Assembly (NCBI GenBank): GCA_000002445.1 | Contig: CM000208.1 | Coordinates: 3,136,001-3,200,000, forward strand | Direction of reading: 5' to 3' | Length of the DNA stretch: 64,000 nt | Source: Trypanosoma brucei | Taxonomy: Eukaryota | Part shown: one piece after another, positions 30,481 to 41,591 of the stretch | How the letters are laid out: each line of letters starts with the position of its first letter | Position numbering within the stretch: the first letter of the stretch is position 1 | Made by a program: the position numbers and the translations under genes | Notes under the pieces: model-generated | What the model was told of the DNA's origin: nothing | Database searches by the model: none | What the model saw: the letters and a program-made list of their open reading frames with translations, nothing else

Positions 30481-30711
30481 TACCTACGCTCCATTTTGAA
30501 GTGGGTTCACAGAAAAAAAAATGACTCTAAACGGGTTATTAGCGCTATAAATATAGTAATTTAAAGAGATTATGTGCACCCACACGACTTCTTCCTCCAC
30601 CCTTATCTTCCTTCATTACCGCTTATTTACTTATTCGCACCACTAGGATAATCGTATTATCTTTTCTACTCGGTATGATTTTATTTCTGCGAGGCGGCGC
30701 TACCACACCCT

Positions 30712-33700
30712 TCAGCACATGGTATCGGCTATCACTTCGTCGTCGAGATCCGCATCAAAGTGTCCAACTACACACCACTGTGTACTCATTTCCCGATGGA
30801 AGTCGGACATTGAAGAAATGGTTTGTGGAAACTGCGCCGACACAGCGTCATAGAAGTACTGCGATGTACTCATAAGAACCTCATCATTTGCGTCAACACG
30901 ACGCAGTAATGGCGCATAAACTTCCATCTTCAGCTCGCTCGTTGGCACCAGGCCAGTTCCGACAAGCGCCGCAGTCGCGCGCAATATCCAAGTGACACTC
31001 AACTTGTCGCTGATTCCAAAACCCGCCGCAGAGCGAACAGTGAACATAGCTGCATTGACGAAGCTAGCATCCACACGTTCAACACGGCTGGCAATCACCG
31101 AGTACGAAAACGCAAAGCCACCGAGAGCGCTCGTACCCTTTGTGGACATCATATTCAGGGCTGTATCCCTCAGGGTAGAAAATTGTTCATCTGTAATACT
31201 GGCAGACCTACAGAGGGCGGCAACGGCAATACCAGCTGCAACAGCCGTCGCCGGTGTCTCAGCACGTTCCCATATAGGTTTCACAATATCCATCAATTTT
31301 GTAATATGGCTCAGGGTTTTACTGAGATTGCTGTAGCGCATGACTACGGAGATGAAGCGGCACATAACACCACGCAGTAAAGGTGAGTCAACGGCCCCTT
31401 TCTTTGCCACGACAGTGCCAAGAATAAGGTCAGCGTACCTCTCCGAGCGCTGCAGCAATTGGATCACAACGCGGAGCGCCAACACTCGAGCCTCCCCGAC
31501 GTCACAGAGCGCTGCATTGAACATGGCGAGTGCCATGGTTCCCTCCACCATCGCCTCCTTACCACTTGCAGGGTAGCCCATTAGTTGAAGACATAATCTC
31601 ACCACTGCAAGAACAACACCCCCATCGTTGCGCACAAAAAGAACTTTCGAGCAGCGTCCAGCGACGGTGTTTGTCGACCCAGCACTTACACGGCGTGGAG
31701 CGTACGTTAAGAGATCCTGGATGCATTCCACAGCCTGAACCTTTTGCATGGATGTACCGTAGTCAAGACCCCTGTTGTAGAAGGCCATAAGGGAGTCAAA
31801 GAGACGTGCTTGCCCGCCCTCACCGAGTACACTAAACTCGGGTTCCGTATCCGTGACCATGGCACGAGCGGTGACACCTAGAGTCTCTTGGAATACTCCC
31901 AGGTACTGTAGTAGATACCGTCCCACAGCGCGTTTGCTGGTGGTAAGATCTTGCTGCTCCTCCTCTTCCAGCGAGTCAACAATACGCCGTTCAATGGAGT
32001 TGAATAACTTTGGAATCATTGACACTGCAAGCGCCCTCATTTCATCGTTGTCACTGCCCAACGACTCGATTGCGGCTCGAAACACCGCAGAGAGGCTTTC
32101 GACAGATTCCGTAGAAATACCTAAACCAAAGGCTTCCGCAGCAGCTAGGGCACCGAGCTGCGTAGCTGGTGCCCGCAGCGCCTTCTGCCACTGCTCCTGT
32201 GGTATGTGCTCATACCCCTGACTGAGACCCGCAATGAACTTCTGATACGACTCGCTGGCACCATCCAGCCTCTGCACTAGAAAAGCTAGGAGTATTTTAC
32301 CCGTGTCAGGAATGTACCGCCGCATCTGGTCATCCGCTTCCTCCACATCGAGAATAGTGTCCAAAAGTTCCAAGTTGTGCTGCACGTATTTGCTCTGTCG
32401 GTTGAGGTACCTGAATATAATCTCGAGTGCCACATTGGGTTTAACCTTTACCACCTCTACGACACCCCGAACGGAGGTTTCGAGTTGGGCCTCTGTGGCA
32501 CTTTCAATAAGACCAGGTCCAACGATCTTTGAAACCTTCGCGAAGAGTTCACGGGCGCATTGCTGTACCTGAGGATCTTTCTCCTGCATACCTGGCAAAA
32601 CACACCCCACAATCTGTCCCCCCATACCAATAAGACGTCGGCCGTCGACGTATCCAACAACACAAGTGAGACAAGTAAGAGCACCAAGCTTACTTCTGCG
32701 GTCGTCTTCCTTGTAGCGGTCGCACAGAGTGTCAATGAATGGTTCAATCATCTCGCTGAGGCGCGACGTGAATTCGATGGTCTTATTCGCCATCTCCGCA
32801 CAATCTGGATTTTCCGATGGGGCGTATATGACCAAAAGGTCGATCAAACCGCTGAAAATTTTTTTGACAGCTCCACATGGACTTGCCACACATGCCTGCC
32901 ACGCGTTGTTAGACTCTGTTCGCACGTTAAGATTGTGTTCGTTACGGCCACAGAAAATGGCTGACAAAAGTCGCACAAATCCCTCAGTACCAAGGGCCTC
33001 TTCAAGAGCTCCTAGAACGGATATTCCGCGCTTCTCAACACTGCGAGCGGATTCCACCTGTAGGATTTCCATGGCTCCCGTATCGTCGTCCGCTGCCGGC
33101 TCACCGTTGGTTTGTTCGTCTTCTTTTCCTCCCTTCTCACCATCCTCAGGACCGCGTTCCTTGACCGACTGAACACGCATTTTCTTTCGTATGTTCTGTA
33201 CAATGTGAAGGAGTAACTTTGATGTTAGCAACAGGGAGCTGTGGCGCAACGTTGAGACCTCACTCAACACACCGTTCATCAACGGTTCAAGAACGAGAGC
33301 CAGATTTCGCGTGCCGTATAGGTTTATGATGCTTGAGCCTGCTGTCAATGCTACGTCACGAACACGGTCTGAAAAGTGGGAAAGACCTTCCAGAACCCAC
33401 GGAAATGCCATTGGCAGAAGTTGCTGAAAGGTTGTTGGGTTGAGGGTGGAAGGGGCGTACACTACAATGTGCAAGAAACCTTCCCTCACTGGTGGTCGTT
33501 CGTCAAGCATGCCAGTTTCAATAACTGCAAATGAGTCGTAGAGGACGGCGTCACCACAGCTTTCTACAATTTCAACAAAAACTTGCGCAGCTCCCGCTTT
33601 CTCAACACTGCTACCGTGCGACTTGTGCAGGTTTGAAAAGCACCACGCCACGATTTCATCAACAAGGGTACCGCCGATTGCAGCTGCGAGGGCGGCAATC

Positions 33701-36700
33701 GCTTTTGCGCTGGTGGTGCGAGTCTCTGTTTTGGGATCCTCTGCAGCCTCCTCCAACAGCGAGACGAGTTGTTGACAGTATGGCTTGAGTGACTGGGTGT
33801 CGTTGACGAGGTTTACCATTGATGCAACAATCTGCGCCGCTTTCGGCCGTGTGTGAGGCATCTGGTTACTGAGTCCGCGGGAGATAATAGGAATGATGAG
33901 AGCAAGTGAGGCCGGATCTACAGCGTTCACAAAGCGTGTGTAAAGCAGAGTATCCAGCGCATTTTCGGTTTCAGTATTAGGTGAGCGAAGGGCGGCGAGA
34001 ATGACTTCCACGTGCTCTCGGATTTCAGTATTAGATACGACACCAGCAACCCGCCGCAAGGCATTCATGGCTGCTGCCGACACGTTGTGGTTGACGTCGA
34101 ACAAACAGGCATTAATATGCTTCGTAATCTCTGGAAGTGTTGCTGCTAACTGCTTAGGTGAACAAAACGCAACATAACCTATGAAGTTAAGTGGCGGTAT
34201 GCGCATCTTTGCCTGATCCGCCGCGAGACCCTTCACTAGTCGAGGTATTAGTTGCCTCAAACCCACTGCGGTAAGAGAGCTAACCATCAACCGCGAGGCA
34301 TCATCAGCGCATTCAGACACCTTTTGATCCTTGTCGGCAACGCCCTCCAGCAACCCACTAGACATCGCAAGCGCATAGGGTTCAAATTTCGGGCCCATAA
34401 CTTCGGACAATACTTCAAGCAAAACCATTACACCCGAACGCTCGGCCTGTTTTTCACGCATAGATGCCTGCATCGTTTCCAATATGTTGTAGCGGCGCAG
34501 CGAAGTGAGTCCAAGTCCATGCAAAACACCGGCAACACCGTATGCATGTGCCTTTTTCTTGATGTATGAACCAGAGTGAAGAACCTGCTTCAGACACTTT
34601 TGAACAAACTCATCCAACTGGGGCAGCGAACACGCATCCTTGTTCTTTGTTACTTCAACCATCGAGTCACACACCGTGCGGTGAACCATTGCGGAGGTCG
34701 AATTATTGAGCGTGCTCCCTTGTTGCACAATTATAGACTCCAACAAAGAGTTTTCCTTCAGACGGCAGCCAATAATCGTTAACCACACGGTCGAAATGGC
34801 GAGGTAGAGCTCTTTATGAACTGGAGTTATATCCTTTGGTGGCTTACTTAAACGTACCTGCAGAGTTTGTGACATCGCTTTAAGGACAACCAATGAGCAG
34901 TCGTGTAATACGACGCGCCCACAGGAAAGCACCACGAGCATAAAGGGTTCCGTATTTGGTGACTCAACGATAGTGCATAAATAAAGAAGAACGTCTTGGA
35001 AAGCATCGCCTTTCAATGACGAAGAAAGTACCTCAATAGCCACAACCGACCCTAACCCCCCAATTTTGCAAATGTCCTTGAGCCATGAACGTTGCTGAAC
35101 ATCCGTTGTATTGGGTAATAGAAAGAGCTCGCGCATTGATGCGCTTATGCGAGTTGCGTGGTGTTTTTGTTGCTGACCGTAGGCTTGCAAAAAATAAGTG
35201 AGATCATTCCAGTCTGTCGGGCAAAGAGTAAAAGGGTGGCTTGAGTTTTGGGTGATACCCCGCATTGACCTTACAACATCCGTAGAGGAGTCATGAAGAA
35301 ACACCGCAGCTAGGGTTAAGGCACGACGGCAAGTCGAAAAGTGTGAAAACCTATGATATGCTGCCGCGGTTACTTCTTTCACTGTGTCTACCTGGTTGAA
35401 GAACCCCAGCTCCAGAGCAACAAGATGAGAAGTGGGAATCATTGCCATCAAAAGGTTGATCCCCTGTTGCACACTCTTAAACAGCGAAGGAAACCTCTGC
35501 AATATCGTGTACAGCAACTGTAGCGTCTCCGTCGGCTGCGGTAAGTTTGCCTGACCAATGTTCTGAATCAACACACCCATGATTTGGTGTTGAGTTGCGA
35601 GGGGAATTGTTGTACGAACAGCTTGGCTTCCACGACCGGCTTTGAATGCTACATGTGAGAACGGGAGCAGCACCACGAACAGCGGGGGAGGGAGCATTTT
35701 TGTCATTGACTGACGCAAATACGTCGCCATAGTAGAAACACGAGAAACATCGTCTACAGAGAGTGAGGCTTTTCCCTCTAACTCAGCAACCGTTCTGGAC
35801 ATGCCCTCAGCTATGTGTGCAAACGCTGTTCGTGAAAGGAGTCCAGCAATAGCATCAACAAGCAACCGCTCCAGTACTTCTGGCACATCGTTTCCACTCA
35901 ATGTTTCCTGCAAATAGGGAAAAAGTACCGCCACGCACTCGAGGGGGAAGTCGCCTGACGTGCCTAGAGTACGAACAGTCACAAGGGCAGTTTTCCGCTG
36001 TAACAGAATATCCTCAATAACCCTGCTGTGCTTTTGGATCTCTTTGCGGAGCTCCTCCCGACCCTTCTCAAGTGCGGCGGCATCCCTTCTTTTCATATCC
36101 TCAAAGTCATCCTCGGCCATGCCTTTGGGTGGTTTGGAGGGATAAGTTTTTAACAACTGCCGCTCTCGCAACGTCTTTTCCTCGTATTGCAACATTGCCG
36201 CCGGGGACGCAGCGGCTATCGCCCGGTCTCGCATATCCAAGGCAAGCATATACTCCACTGACTCTTTGACTGCATCAAGGAGCTTGTTAAAAATTATTTG
36301 TGACGAAGCAAACCCGGTCCTAGTTCCTAGGAGTAACACCAAACCGCGACTCGCCGCCGTGCGTAAGTGGACAGATTCACTGAAGTACCCACAGAGCCCA
36401 TCAACAAGTGCATCGTGGTGCAAAACCAGGAGATGTCTGTGTTCTCCGCTGAAGAGCGAATCAAATAGCCGCCGCTGGACAACCTTGGAGCTTGTCCGCA
36501 TGCGTCCCAAGAGCGAGTCGTTGTCACAGAAATAGTAAGGGTCTTCACCCTGAATATGATCATGGCCACAACAAATCACAAGTTCCCGAAGCGCGGTAGG
36601 AACTGCCATCTTGGCAGTGTGTTTTAGTAACGCCGAGGCGACGGGTAGTAGCGCACCGCAGGCAGAATTCGACAATATGTTTGTTTTTTCTTTCTCCTCC

Positions 36701-38667
36701 AGCCCGAATACAACATGGGTAACACTGTCCCATAACGCAATAGCGGCACTTGCATCACTTGCAAGATCCTCTACAGAGTATGAGAGGCGTCGGCGCAGTA
36801 ACCCACTTCTGTGCGTAAGAAGAAGAGCCATTGGAGAAAAAACAAATACGTTTGCGAGCGCAACCGCCGTCTCCGCGAGGGCATCCAACTCGTCTCTACT
36901 CTCCCCAATCCGTGAAACCACATCAGCCCGGCACAAGACTGTGCAAAGTTTAGGGGAAACTTTTGCTTTACTTTCTACAAGAGACCGGAGCGCTATGAAG
37001 GCAGCTGGCCTATAGGCATCCACTTCCTCACAACTATCAAAGAGAAGTTCATTCAACCCCTCGATAACATCGCTCGGTGCCCGCTTGGGGGAAATATACA
37101 GTGCCATGGCCCATCTCACCTCCTCATTACCTTTGGCACTTTTGAGCGCGGCCCGCATTTCGTCCACGACACGGTTCTCCACACCACTGACCTGAAGCAG
37201 CCTCCAGGCTGCTTTAACAGCATCTGCAGAATGACTCACCAAATCTCTCTCTATAATCTTTACAATGTCTTCCTGACGGACCCTTAAGCGAGACGTTTCG
37301 GATGATGCACGCAAAACAGCACTGGTGAGGATCATGATCGATGCCTTTTCCGTTGAAGCGCAGCATTTTTGCATAACGGCAGCGGCGGCCCGAACAAACA
37401 AGGGTAACAATTCTTCCTCCATCCCTATTCCAAGAAAAATCAAACAGTAGAGTGTTTCCCATTCCTGTGCGACCTCGGGGGTAAGTATCTTCCCTTTGTT
37501 CACAAACGGCATGAGCAACTGGAAGAAGCTGTCTTCACCATGGGTCATGAAATAGCCTCTCTTGTCACTCACAGGAAGCGCCAGGATGACAGTCAGGTAA
37601 TCGCGGGTGCTGTTTAACGAACAATTAGTGAGTCCCATGTTGTAAAGACATAACTGTATCACCTCTTCCGCTTTATCGACCAGCAACGATCCGGGAACAG
37701 GCCTCTTTCCAAGAAGGTGAAGCATCAGCATCGGTGAGCTCTTCACTGTCTGCTGCACTGTTTCCTTCGAAATAGGGCATGACCACGAGGGAAACACGGA
37801 CAGCGTCAATGCTTGCGGTGGTGGAAGTTTCTCAATGAGGGCACCCCATTTCTCGCGCAAGTGGTTGCAACTCTTTTCCAGAATCCGCCGAAGCCGCCGC
37901 ATGGGACCACACAACAATACGTTTTCATTGCCAACGGGTATGTTGAGGGACAAACTTGAAAAAGAGTGTTTCCTACACGCTGCATGAAGCTTGGCGTAGT
38001 GCAGAACCACCGTAGCAAATATGTTCAAGAATAGTGTTTGCTCTTCTCCCGCTTGGGGTACGGCATCTCCCTTAAATAACGGTGGCGCCGCCGCTTTGAG
38101 AATTTCCTCCGCACAGCGCAGTGCAGTGCGGGAGTAACCCATAGGTAAGGTCGCTGTTTGGTGAAGAATGCTTGTCCACTCTTCACGCGTCAGCGGTGTG
38201 TCCCTCACGACGAGAGGGAGAAGTTGTCGTTGCAGCTGCCGCTGGTACCTGATAGGAAAGCTTGGTATTTTTGCTGCACCCAACACACATTGAATAACAG
38301 ACACTGCGGGCAGGCGCTGAAGCGGTCGCGCGGCCAATGCGTTAATGTTCTCAGGTACTTCGGTTGTACGTAGCCCCGCCTCCTGTTGTTCTTGAACCCC
38401 CTTCACATATTGGTTAAGCAGGGCCACCTCACGCTCAGTGAGGGGATGTGAGTAATTGAAAAGTACCTTGACAGCACGCGGGATGAGCGGAGACCCTCGC
38501 TGAAATGCTGCAACAACACCGCGAATATCCATGTTGCTTGCGCCTGTGCCCCTGTTAATGGTCGCACCTGGTTTTATACTTAACGATACTATTTTTTTTT
38601 TTCCTCCCCCGTTTATTTTTATTTGTTGCTTGTCTGCTACTTTCCCCTCTCTGATATGTAAGCACAT
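30712..38667 (-). CDS. GCN1: GCN1 (HEAT-repeat translational activator, eIF2alpha-kinase GCN2 co-factor)
   Basis: 2651-aa HEAT/ARM protein. The EF3-like central region aligns with yeast Gcn1: NTEIREHVEVILAALRSPNTETENALDTLLYTRFVNAVDPASLALIIPIISRGLS compared with NPEIQKLVPVLLQAIGDPTKYTEEALDSLIQTQFVHYIDGPSLALIIHIIHRGMH. The following LPMAFPWVLEGLSHFSDRVRDVALTAGSSIINLY block is also matched. There are ATG codons at 38667 and at 38532 (MDIRGVV); either could be the start. Confidence 0.85.
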   Translation of the reverse strand: MCLHIREGKVADKQQIKINGGGKKKIVSLSIKPGATINRGTGASNMDIRGVVAAFQRGSPLIPRAVKVLFNYSHPLTEREVALLNQYVKGVQEQQEAGLRTTEVPENINALAARPLQRLPAVSVIQCVLGAAKIPSFPIRYQRQLQRQLLPLVVRDTPLTREEWTSILHQTATLPMGYSRTALRCAEEILKAAAPPLFKGDAVPQAGEEQTLFLNIFATVVLHYAKLHAACRKHSFSSLSLNIPVGNENVLLCGPMRRLRRILEKSCNHLREKWGALIEKLPPPQALTLSVFPSWSCPISKETVQQTVKSSPMLMLHLLGKRPVPGSLLVDKAEEVIQLCLYNMGLTNCSLNSTRDYLTVILALPVSDKRGYFMTHGEDSFFQLLMPFVNKGKILTPEVAQEWETLYCLIFLGIGMEEELLPLFVRAAAAVMQKCCASTEKASIMILTSAVLRASSETSRLRVRQEDIVKIIERDLVSHSADAVKAAWRLLQVSGVENRVVDEMRAALKSAKGNEEVRWAMALYISPKRAPSDVIEGLNELLFDSCEEVDAYRPAAFIALRSLVESKAKVSPKLCTVLCRADVVSRIGESRDELDALAETAVALANVFVFSPMALLLTHRSGLLRRRLSYSVEDLASDASAAIALWDSVTHVVFGLEEKEKTNILSNSACGALLPVASALLKHTAKMAVPTALRELVICCGHDHIQGEDPYYFCDNDSLLGRMRTSSKVVQRRLFDSLFSGEHRHLLVLHHDALVDGLCGYFSESVHLRTAASRGLVLLLGTRTGFASSQIIFNKLLDAVKESVEYMLALDMRDRAIAAASPAAMLQYEEKTLRERQLLKTYPSKPPKGMAEDDFEDMKRRDAAALEKGREELRKEIQKHSRVIEDILLQRKTALVTVRTLGTSGDFPLECVAVLFPYLQETLSGNDVPEVLERLLVDAIAGLLSRTAFAHIAEGMSRTVAELEGKASLSVDDVSRVSTMATYLRQSMTKMLPPPLFVVLLPFSHVAFKAGRGSQAVRTTIPLATQHQIMGVLIQNIGQANLPQPTETLQLLYTILQRFPSLFKSVQQGINLLMAMIPTSHLVALELGFFNQVDTVKEVTAAAYHRFSHFSTCRRALTLAAVFLHDSSTDVVRSMRGITQNSSHPFTLCPTDWNDLTYFLQAYGQQQKHHATRISASMRELFLLPNTTDVQQRSWLKDICKIGGLGSVVAIEVLSSSLKGDAFQDVLLYLCTIVESPNTEPFMLVVLSCGRVVLHDCSLVVLKAMSQTLQVRLSKPPKDITPVHKELYLAISTVWLTIIGCRLKENSLLESIIVQQGSTLNNSTSAMVHRTVCDSMVEVTKNKDACSLPQLDEFVQKCLKQVLHSGSYIKKKAHAYGVAGVLHGLGLTSLRRYNILETMQASMREKQAERSGVMVLLEVLSEVMGPKFEPYALAMSSGLLEGVADKDQKVSECADDASRLMVSSLTAVGLRQLIPRLVKGLAADQAKMRIPPLNFIGYVAFCSPKQLAATLPEITKHINACLFDVNHNVSAAAMNALRRVAGVVSNTEIREHVEVILAALRSPNTETENALDTLLYTRFVNAVDPASLALIIPIISRGLSNQMPHTRPKAAQIVASMVNLVNDTQSLKPYCQQLVSLLEEAAEDPKTETRTTSAKAIAALAAAIGGTLVDEIVAWCFSNLHKSHGSSVEKAGAAQVFVEIVESCGDAVLYDSFAVIETGMLDERPPVREGFLHIVVYAPSTLNPTTFQQLLPMAFPWVLEGLSHFSDRVRDVALTAGSSIINLYGTRNLALVLEPLMNGVLSEVSTLRHSSLLLTSKLLLHIVQNIRKKMRVQSVKERGPEDGEKGGKEDEQTNGEPAADDDTGAMEILQVESARSVEKRGISVLGALEEALGTEGFVRLLSAIFCGRNEHNLNVRTESNNAWQACVASPCGAVKKIFSGLIDLLVIYAPSENPDCAEMANKTIEFTSRLSEMIEPFIDTLCDRYKEDDRRSKLGALTCLTCVVGYVDGRRLIGMGGQIVGCVLPGMQEKDPQVQQCARELFAKVSKIVGPGLIESATEAQLETSVRGVVEVVKVKPNVALEIIFRYLNRQSKYVQHNLELLDTILDVEEADDQMRRYIPDTGKILLAFLVQRLDGASESYQKFIAGLSQGYEHIPQEQWQKALRAPATQLGALAAAEAFGLGISTESVESLSAVFRAAIESLGSDNDEMRALAVSMIPKLFNSIERRIVDSLEEEEQQDLTTSKRAVGRYLLQYLGVFQETLGVTARAMVTDTEPEFSVLGEGGQARLFDSLMAFYNRGLDYGTSMQKVQAVECIQDLLTYAPRRVSAGSTNTVAGRCSKVLFVRNDGGVVLAVVRLCLQLMGYPASGKEAMVEGTMALAMFNAALCDVGEARVLALRVVIQLLQRSERYADLILGTVVAKKGAVDSPLLRGVMCRFISVVMRYSNLSKTLSHITKLMDIVKPIWERAETPATAVAAGIAVAALCRSASITDEQFSTLRDTALNMMSTKGTSALGGFAFSYSVIASRVERVDASFVNAAMFTVRSAAGFGISDKLSVTWILRATAALVGTGLVPTSELKMEVYAPLLRRVDANDEVLMSTSQYFYDAVSAQFPQTISSMSDFHREMSTQWCVVGHFDADLDDEVIADTMC

Positions 38668-39173
38668 TCCGGTAAACCGAAAAAAAGCGGGGGCAAACGA
38701 GCACTTGGTAGCGTGAACTCAAACAGTTTCATCGTCGCAAATCCTTCAAAGTAAGGTTAACAACAATGAAAGAGGGAATTTGCACAACACCTGCAGGAAA
38801 GAAAAGAAGCTCCATGTCGATGAGGTTTCTAGTGCCCGCTGCAGTTAGGCCGTCGAGAGGGATATCTCGGGAACCGAGCTTAAACATGCAGTGCGAGGTT
38901 TCAGACGCCGTCCCACAACTCCATCACCCTCTTCCTCATTCGAATTGAGAGAGGATGCACGGTATGATGTTGTGGGAAGAGAGTACACGCAGAATTCAAA
39001 AAGGTAGCGCAGAAGCCATCATTCGACCACTTGGGGAATGCAAAACATACGCCCTTCTTCCCTGGTCATCATTCCGCGCTTCCAAGTCGTTGTTTTAGTA
39101 TGTGGCGGAAAAAAAAACAATTTTTAAATCTAAGTTTTACGTCACACAGTAAGGCCTCCACCAGCGCGAGCGG

Positions 39174-40412
39174 TCACTCCACTTTCCTTACGGAGCCCTC
39201 AAGATTTCGCACATTCCACCATATTTGCCCAACGTGGCATACAACAGCTAGCACCGCTGCAGTTGGCGGGCAGCTAACGAATATCAGACAGACCAAAATA
39301 ACACCTGCAAGTGGCAGCGGATCGGTTTGCGGCAGTTTTGCGCAATGTGCGTAAATGGGAATGTGAACAATGGAACTACACGTGCATGCCATGGTAATGA
39401 TCCACAAAGCAACGTACGAGAAGGGCCCCAAGGTATAGGTCCCATACCCACCCTTTTCTATGTGGACAGCGTGGCACGGTATGATGGCAAGTAGCAGAGC
39501 CAAGTTGAGAACCAACATGATCGTTGGAAGACGAAGAAACATGCTTTTGCTTTTCGCACCAATATTCACGAGGACAAAGCACTGCGAGATCCAACATACG
39601 ACAAGCCCTGCGTCGATACACCGTAGAGGAATCAGTTGCCGTGCCCACGACTCAGGGAGTACCGCATTCAGGAGGGCAGGTGAGAATGTTGCTTTTCCAA
39701 CATTAGGGAACATAAGTGATATCCAACTCGTAAGAAAGAAAAACAACATTGCCTCGTCAACAGACACAAACCGATTGCCCCATATGAAGATATTTTTCTC
39801 ATAGTGGAGCGTGTGCGAAAGAATCGTGGGCAGGGCCACAAGGGCAGTCGTGACTGCAACATTGGAGAACGAGAATCCAAGTACAGACATTGAAACGCAG
39901 GTCGACATCAACGAAGTAACACAATCTAACCCGTGGTCTAGATATTCACCAATGTTGCTGGTTTTCTTCAAGCGACGAGCAAGGCAGCCGTCAGTATTAT
40001 CAGCAACACAGTAAATAAGGTTGAGAAACCCACAGAGTAGCAGCATGGATGTGGGTGTAAACACAGAGTTAAAGTATGGCTGCAGCATTGATGGGTAAAG
40101 CGGTGAAGGACCCGGGGCATCCATCCACTTAGGGCTTTTGATCAGAAAATACGAGCCGGGAACAAACGTCGCGAACGGGGGTTCAAAAAATGTGTTCAGT
40201 GGCATAGCTGTAAGCAGTAACAATGATGAAACGACTGTTGCAAAAATACCGGTTAGCGTCACTTTGTTTGGGGTCCATGTTGTTGGGTAAAGCGATGCCG
40301 CATATTTGTATACCGGACTCAATACATACTCGAAGAGGTACGACAGTTGTGGCACCACCGGCGACGACAGGTCCTCGCACCGCGTAGAAGTGAGTAAGTC
40401 TACTACTCCCAT
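39174..40412 (-). CDS. CDP-alcohol phosphotransferase (choline/ethanolamine phosphotransferase, CEPT/EPT-like)
   Basis: Multi-pass membrane protein carrying the CDP-alcohol phosphotransferase motif DG-x2-AR-x8-G-x3-D-x3-D in DNTDGCLARRLKKTSNIGEYLDHGLD. The ATG (MGVVDLL) at 40412 was checked; the track ORF extends to 40520. Confidence 0.8.
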   Translation of the reverse strand: MGVVDLLTSTRCEDLSSPVVPQLSYLFEYVLSPVYKYAASLYPTTWTPNKVTLTGIFATVVSSLLLLTAMPLNTFFEPPFATFVPGSYFLIKSPKWMDAPGPSPLYPSMLQPYFNSVFTPTSMLLLCGFLNLIYCVADNTDGCLARRLKKTSNIGEYLDHGLDCVTSLMSTCVSMSVLGFSFSNVAVTTALVALPTILSHTLHYEKNIFIWGNRFVSVDEAMLFFFLTSWISLMFPNVGKATFSPALLNAVLPESWARQLIPLRCIDAGLVVCWISQCFVLVNIGAKSKSMFLRLPTIMLVLNLALLLAIIPCHAVHIEKGGYGTYTLGPFSYVALWIITMACTCSSIVHIPIYAHCAKLPQTDPLPLAGVILVCLIFVSCPPTAAVLAVVCHVGQIWWNVRNLEGSVRKVE

Positions 40413-40742
40413 ATATTCTCCCCTCCTTCCGCTACGTTTAGTGTTTCCCTCCAATTTAACGCGAGAGGAGGCGTGATACTGGGTGCCCGGTAAAATACAA
40501 GAAGCAGATCCTTTGTGCACGTACTTACGTAATAAAAATATGAAGAAAAAATAAATAGAAATACGCTATCAAATATAATTGATGCCTGTTGTCCTTCCTT
40601 CTTTCCCTTCTCTTTCACGCTCACCCTCTAGGGTTCCCACAAAGGGAAGAGTGATCAAATGGAAGGGGAAAAACACATCTGCGTAACGTTTATTGCGATA
40701 AAGCATGTAACCATACACTTACAGAATTAACTCCCATCGCGA

Positions 40743-41591
40743 CTAGTGTACCATCATCAACCCACGTCCCCCAATGTTTTCCTTTACGGCGTGAATGTGG
40801 TCAATAATTCGATTGTCTGCCGTCCTGCAGATATATACGACAAGGCGGTTGTGTATCCCATGCGTATTGAGCAGCCGCCGCATCATCTTTGGACTCCATT
40901 CGAACTCTGTTCTTCCGTCATACGAACAAGGTTCAATGACATTGATTGTAGAGTCCCCCTGAAAGTATTTCAATTCCACCGCGAAGGCACGGTCGTTATG
41001 AAAGTCACGAAACCCAGCCACGAGACCGTGGTCGTGCATTACCCGCGCGCATCCTCGTGTTTCAATGGTGGAAGGTACGACAACGAACCGCTTCCGTTGC
41101 TCCGTTGCCTCCCGAATCCGATGACAGAAGTCATATATTGGAGTATACAAGTTCTCCTCCCGCCTGCGCGGCACGCGCTTTTCTATCTGGACTCGGTCGT
41201 CATCCTGGACACTCGGTTTGTCGTACGTCCCGTAGTATAACGCATGGTCCCCCTTATGCTGAAAGAAAAGCCTCGTGATAGGATCAGCAGGGAGGTCGCG
41301 CCGGCGCTCTACTCCCGGTAAATCAACGAGTGGGGTTTGTGGTACAGCTTCATGGGAACTGACTGCCTCACTGCGTTGCAGTCGCGCCTGCATTGGCATT
41401 CGCTCCTCCTCCAGCAGCGCGTTCAACTGCTGGCGGAGCAATCTCTCATCCCGTTTGACATCGTTGGCAACAGCGAAGAGGCTCCCTTCTCGCTCTCGCT
41501 TCCCATGCAGAAGACGATGCCCTTGCGCCGCACCTAAAGGGGGCACCGCCCCGTAAACCTTCGCCAGAGAAAGAAGCGACTGGCGGAGCAT
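40743..41591 (-). CDS. Mitochondrial ribosomal protein uS8m (S8 family) with a long N-terminal extension
   Basis: The C-terminal ~130 aa resemble bacterial S8: IYDFCHRIREATEQRKRFVVVPSTIETRGCARVMHDHGLVAGF corresponds to [41 protein letters not shown]. The terminal LVVYICRTADNRIIDHIHAVKENIGGRGLMMV corresponds to [30 protein letters not shown]. The ATG at 41591 was checked. The N-terminal ~150 aa are Arg/Leu-rich, consistent with a mitochondrial presequence plus extension. Confidence 0.6.
   Translation of the reverse strand: MLRQSLLSLAKVYGAVPPLGAAQGHRLLHGKREREGSLFAVANDVKRDERLLRQQLNALLEEERMPMQARLQRSEAVSSHEAVPQTPLVDLPGVERRRDLPADPITRLFFQHKGDHALYYGTYDKPSVQDDDRVQIEKRVPRRREENLYTPIYDFCHRIREATEQRKRFVVVPSTIETRGCARVMHDHGLVAGFRDFHNDRAFAVELKYFQGDSTINVIEPCSYDGRTEFEWSPKMMRRLLNTHGIHNRLVVYICRTADNRIIDHIHAVKENIGGRGLMMVH

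Noticed and set aside
30992-38373. Numerous plus-strand ORFs of 60-150 aa (e.g. 30992-31336, 32560-32964, 32729-33172, 36611-37015) inside the GCN1 locus. Similar ones lie inside other large minus-strand genes (e.g. 17405-17857, 24048-24509, 40746-41240, 55743-56174).
   Set aside because: They lie antisense to strongly supported minus-strand CDSs. They have low-complexity, Arg/Ser/Cys-rich translations typical of antisense frames, and no recognisable motifs.
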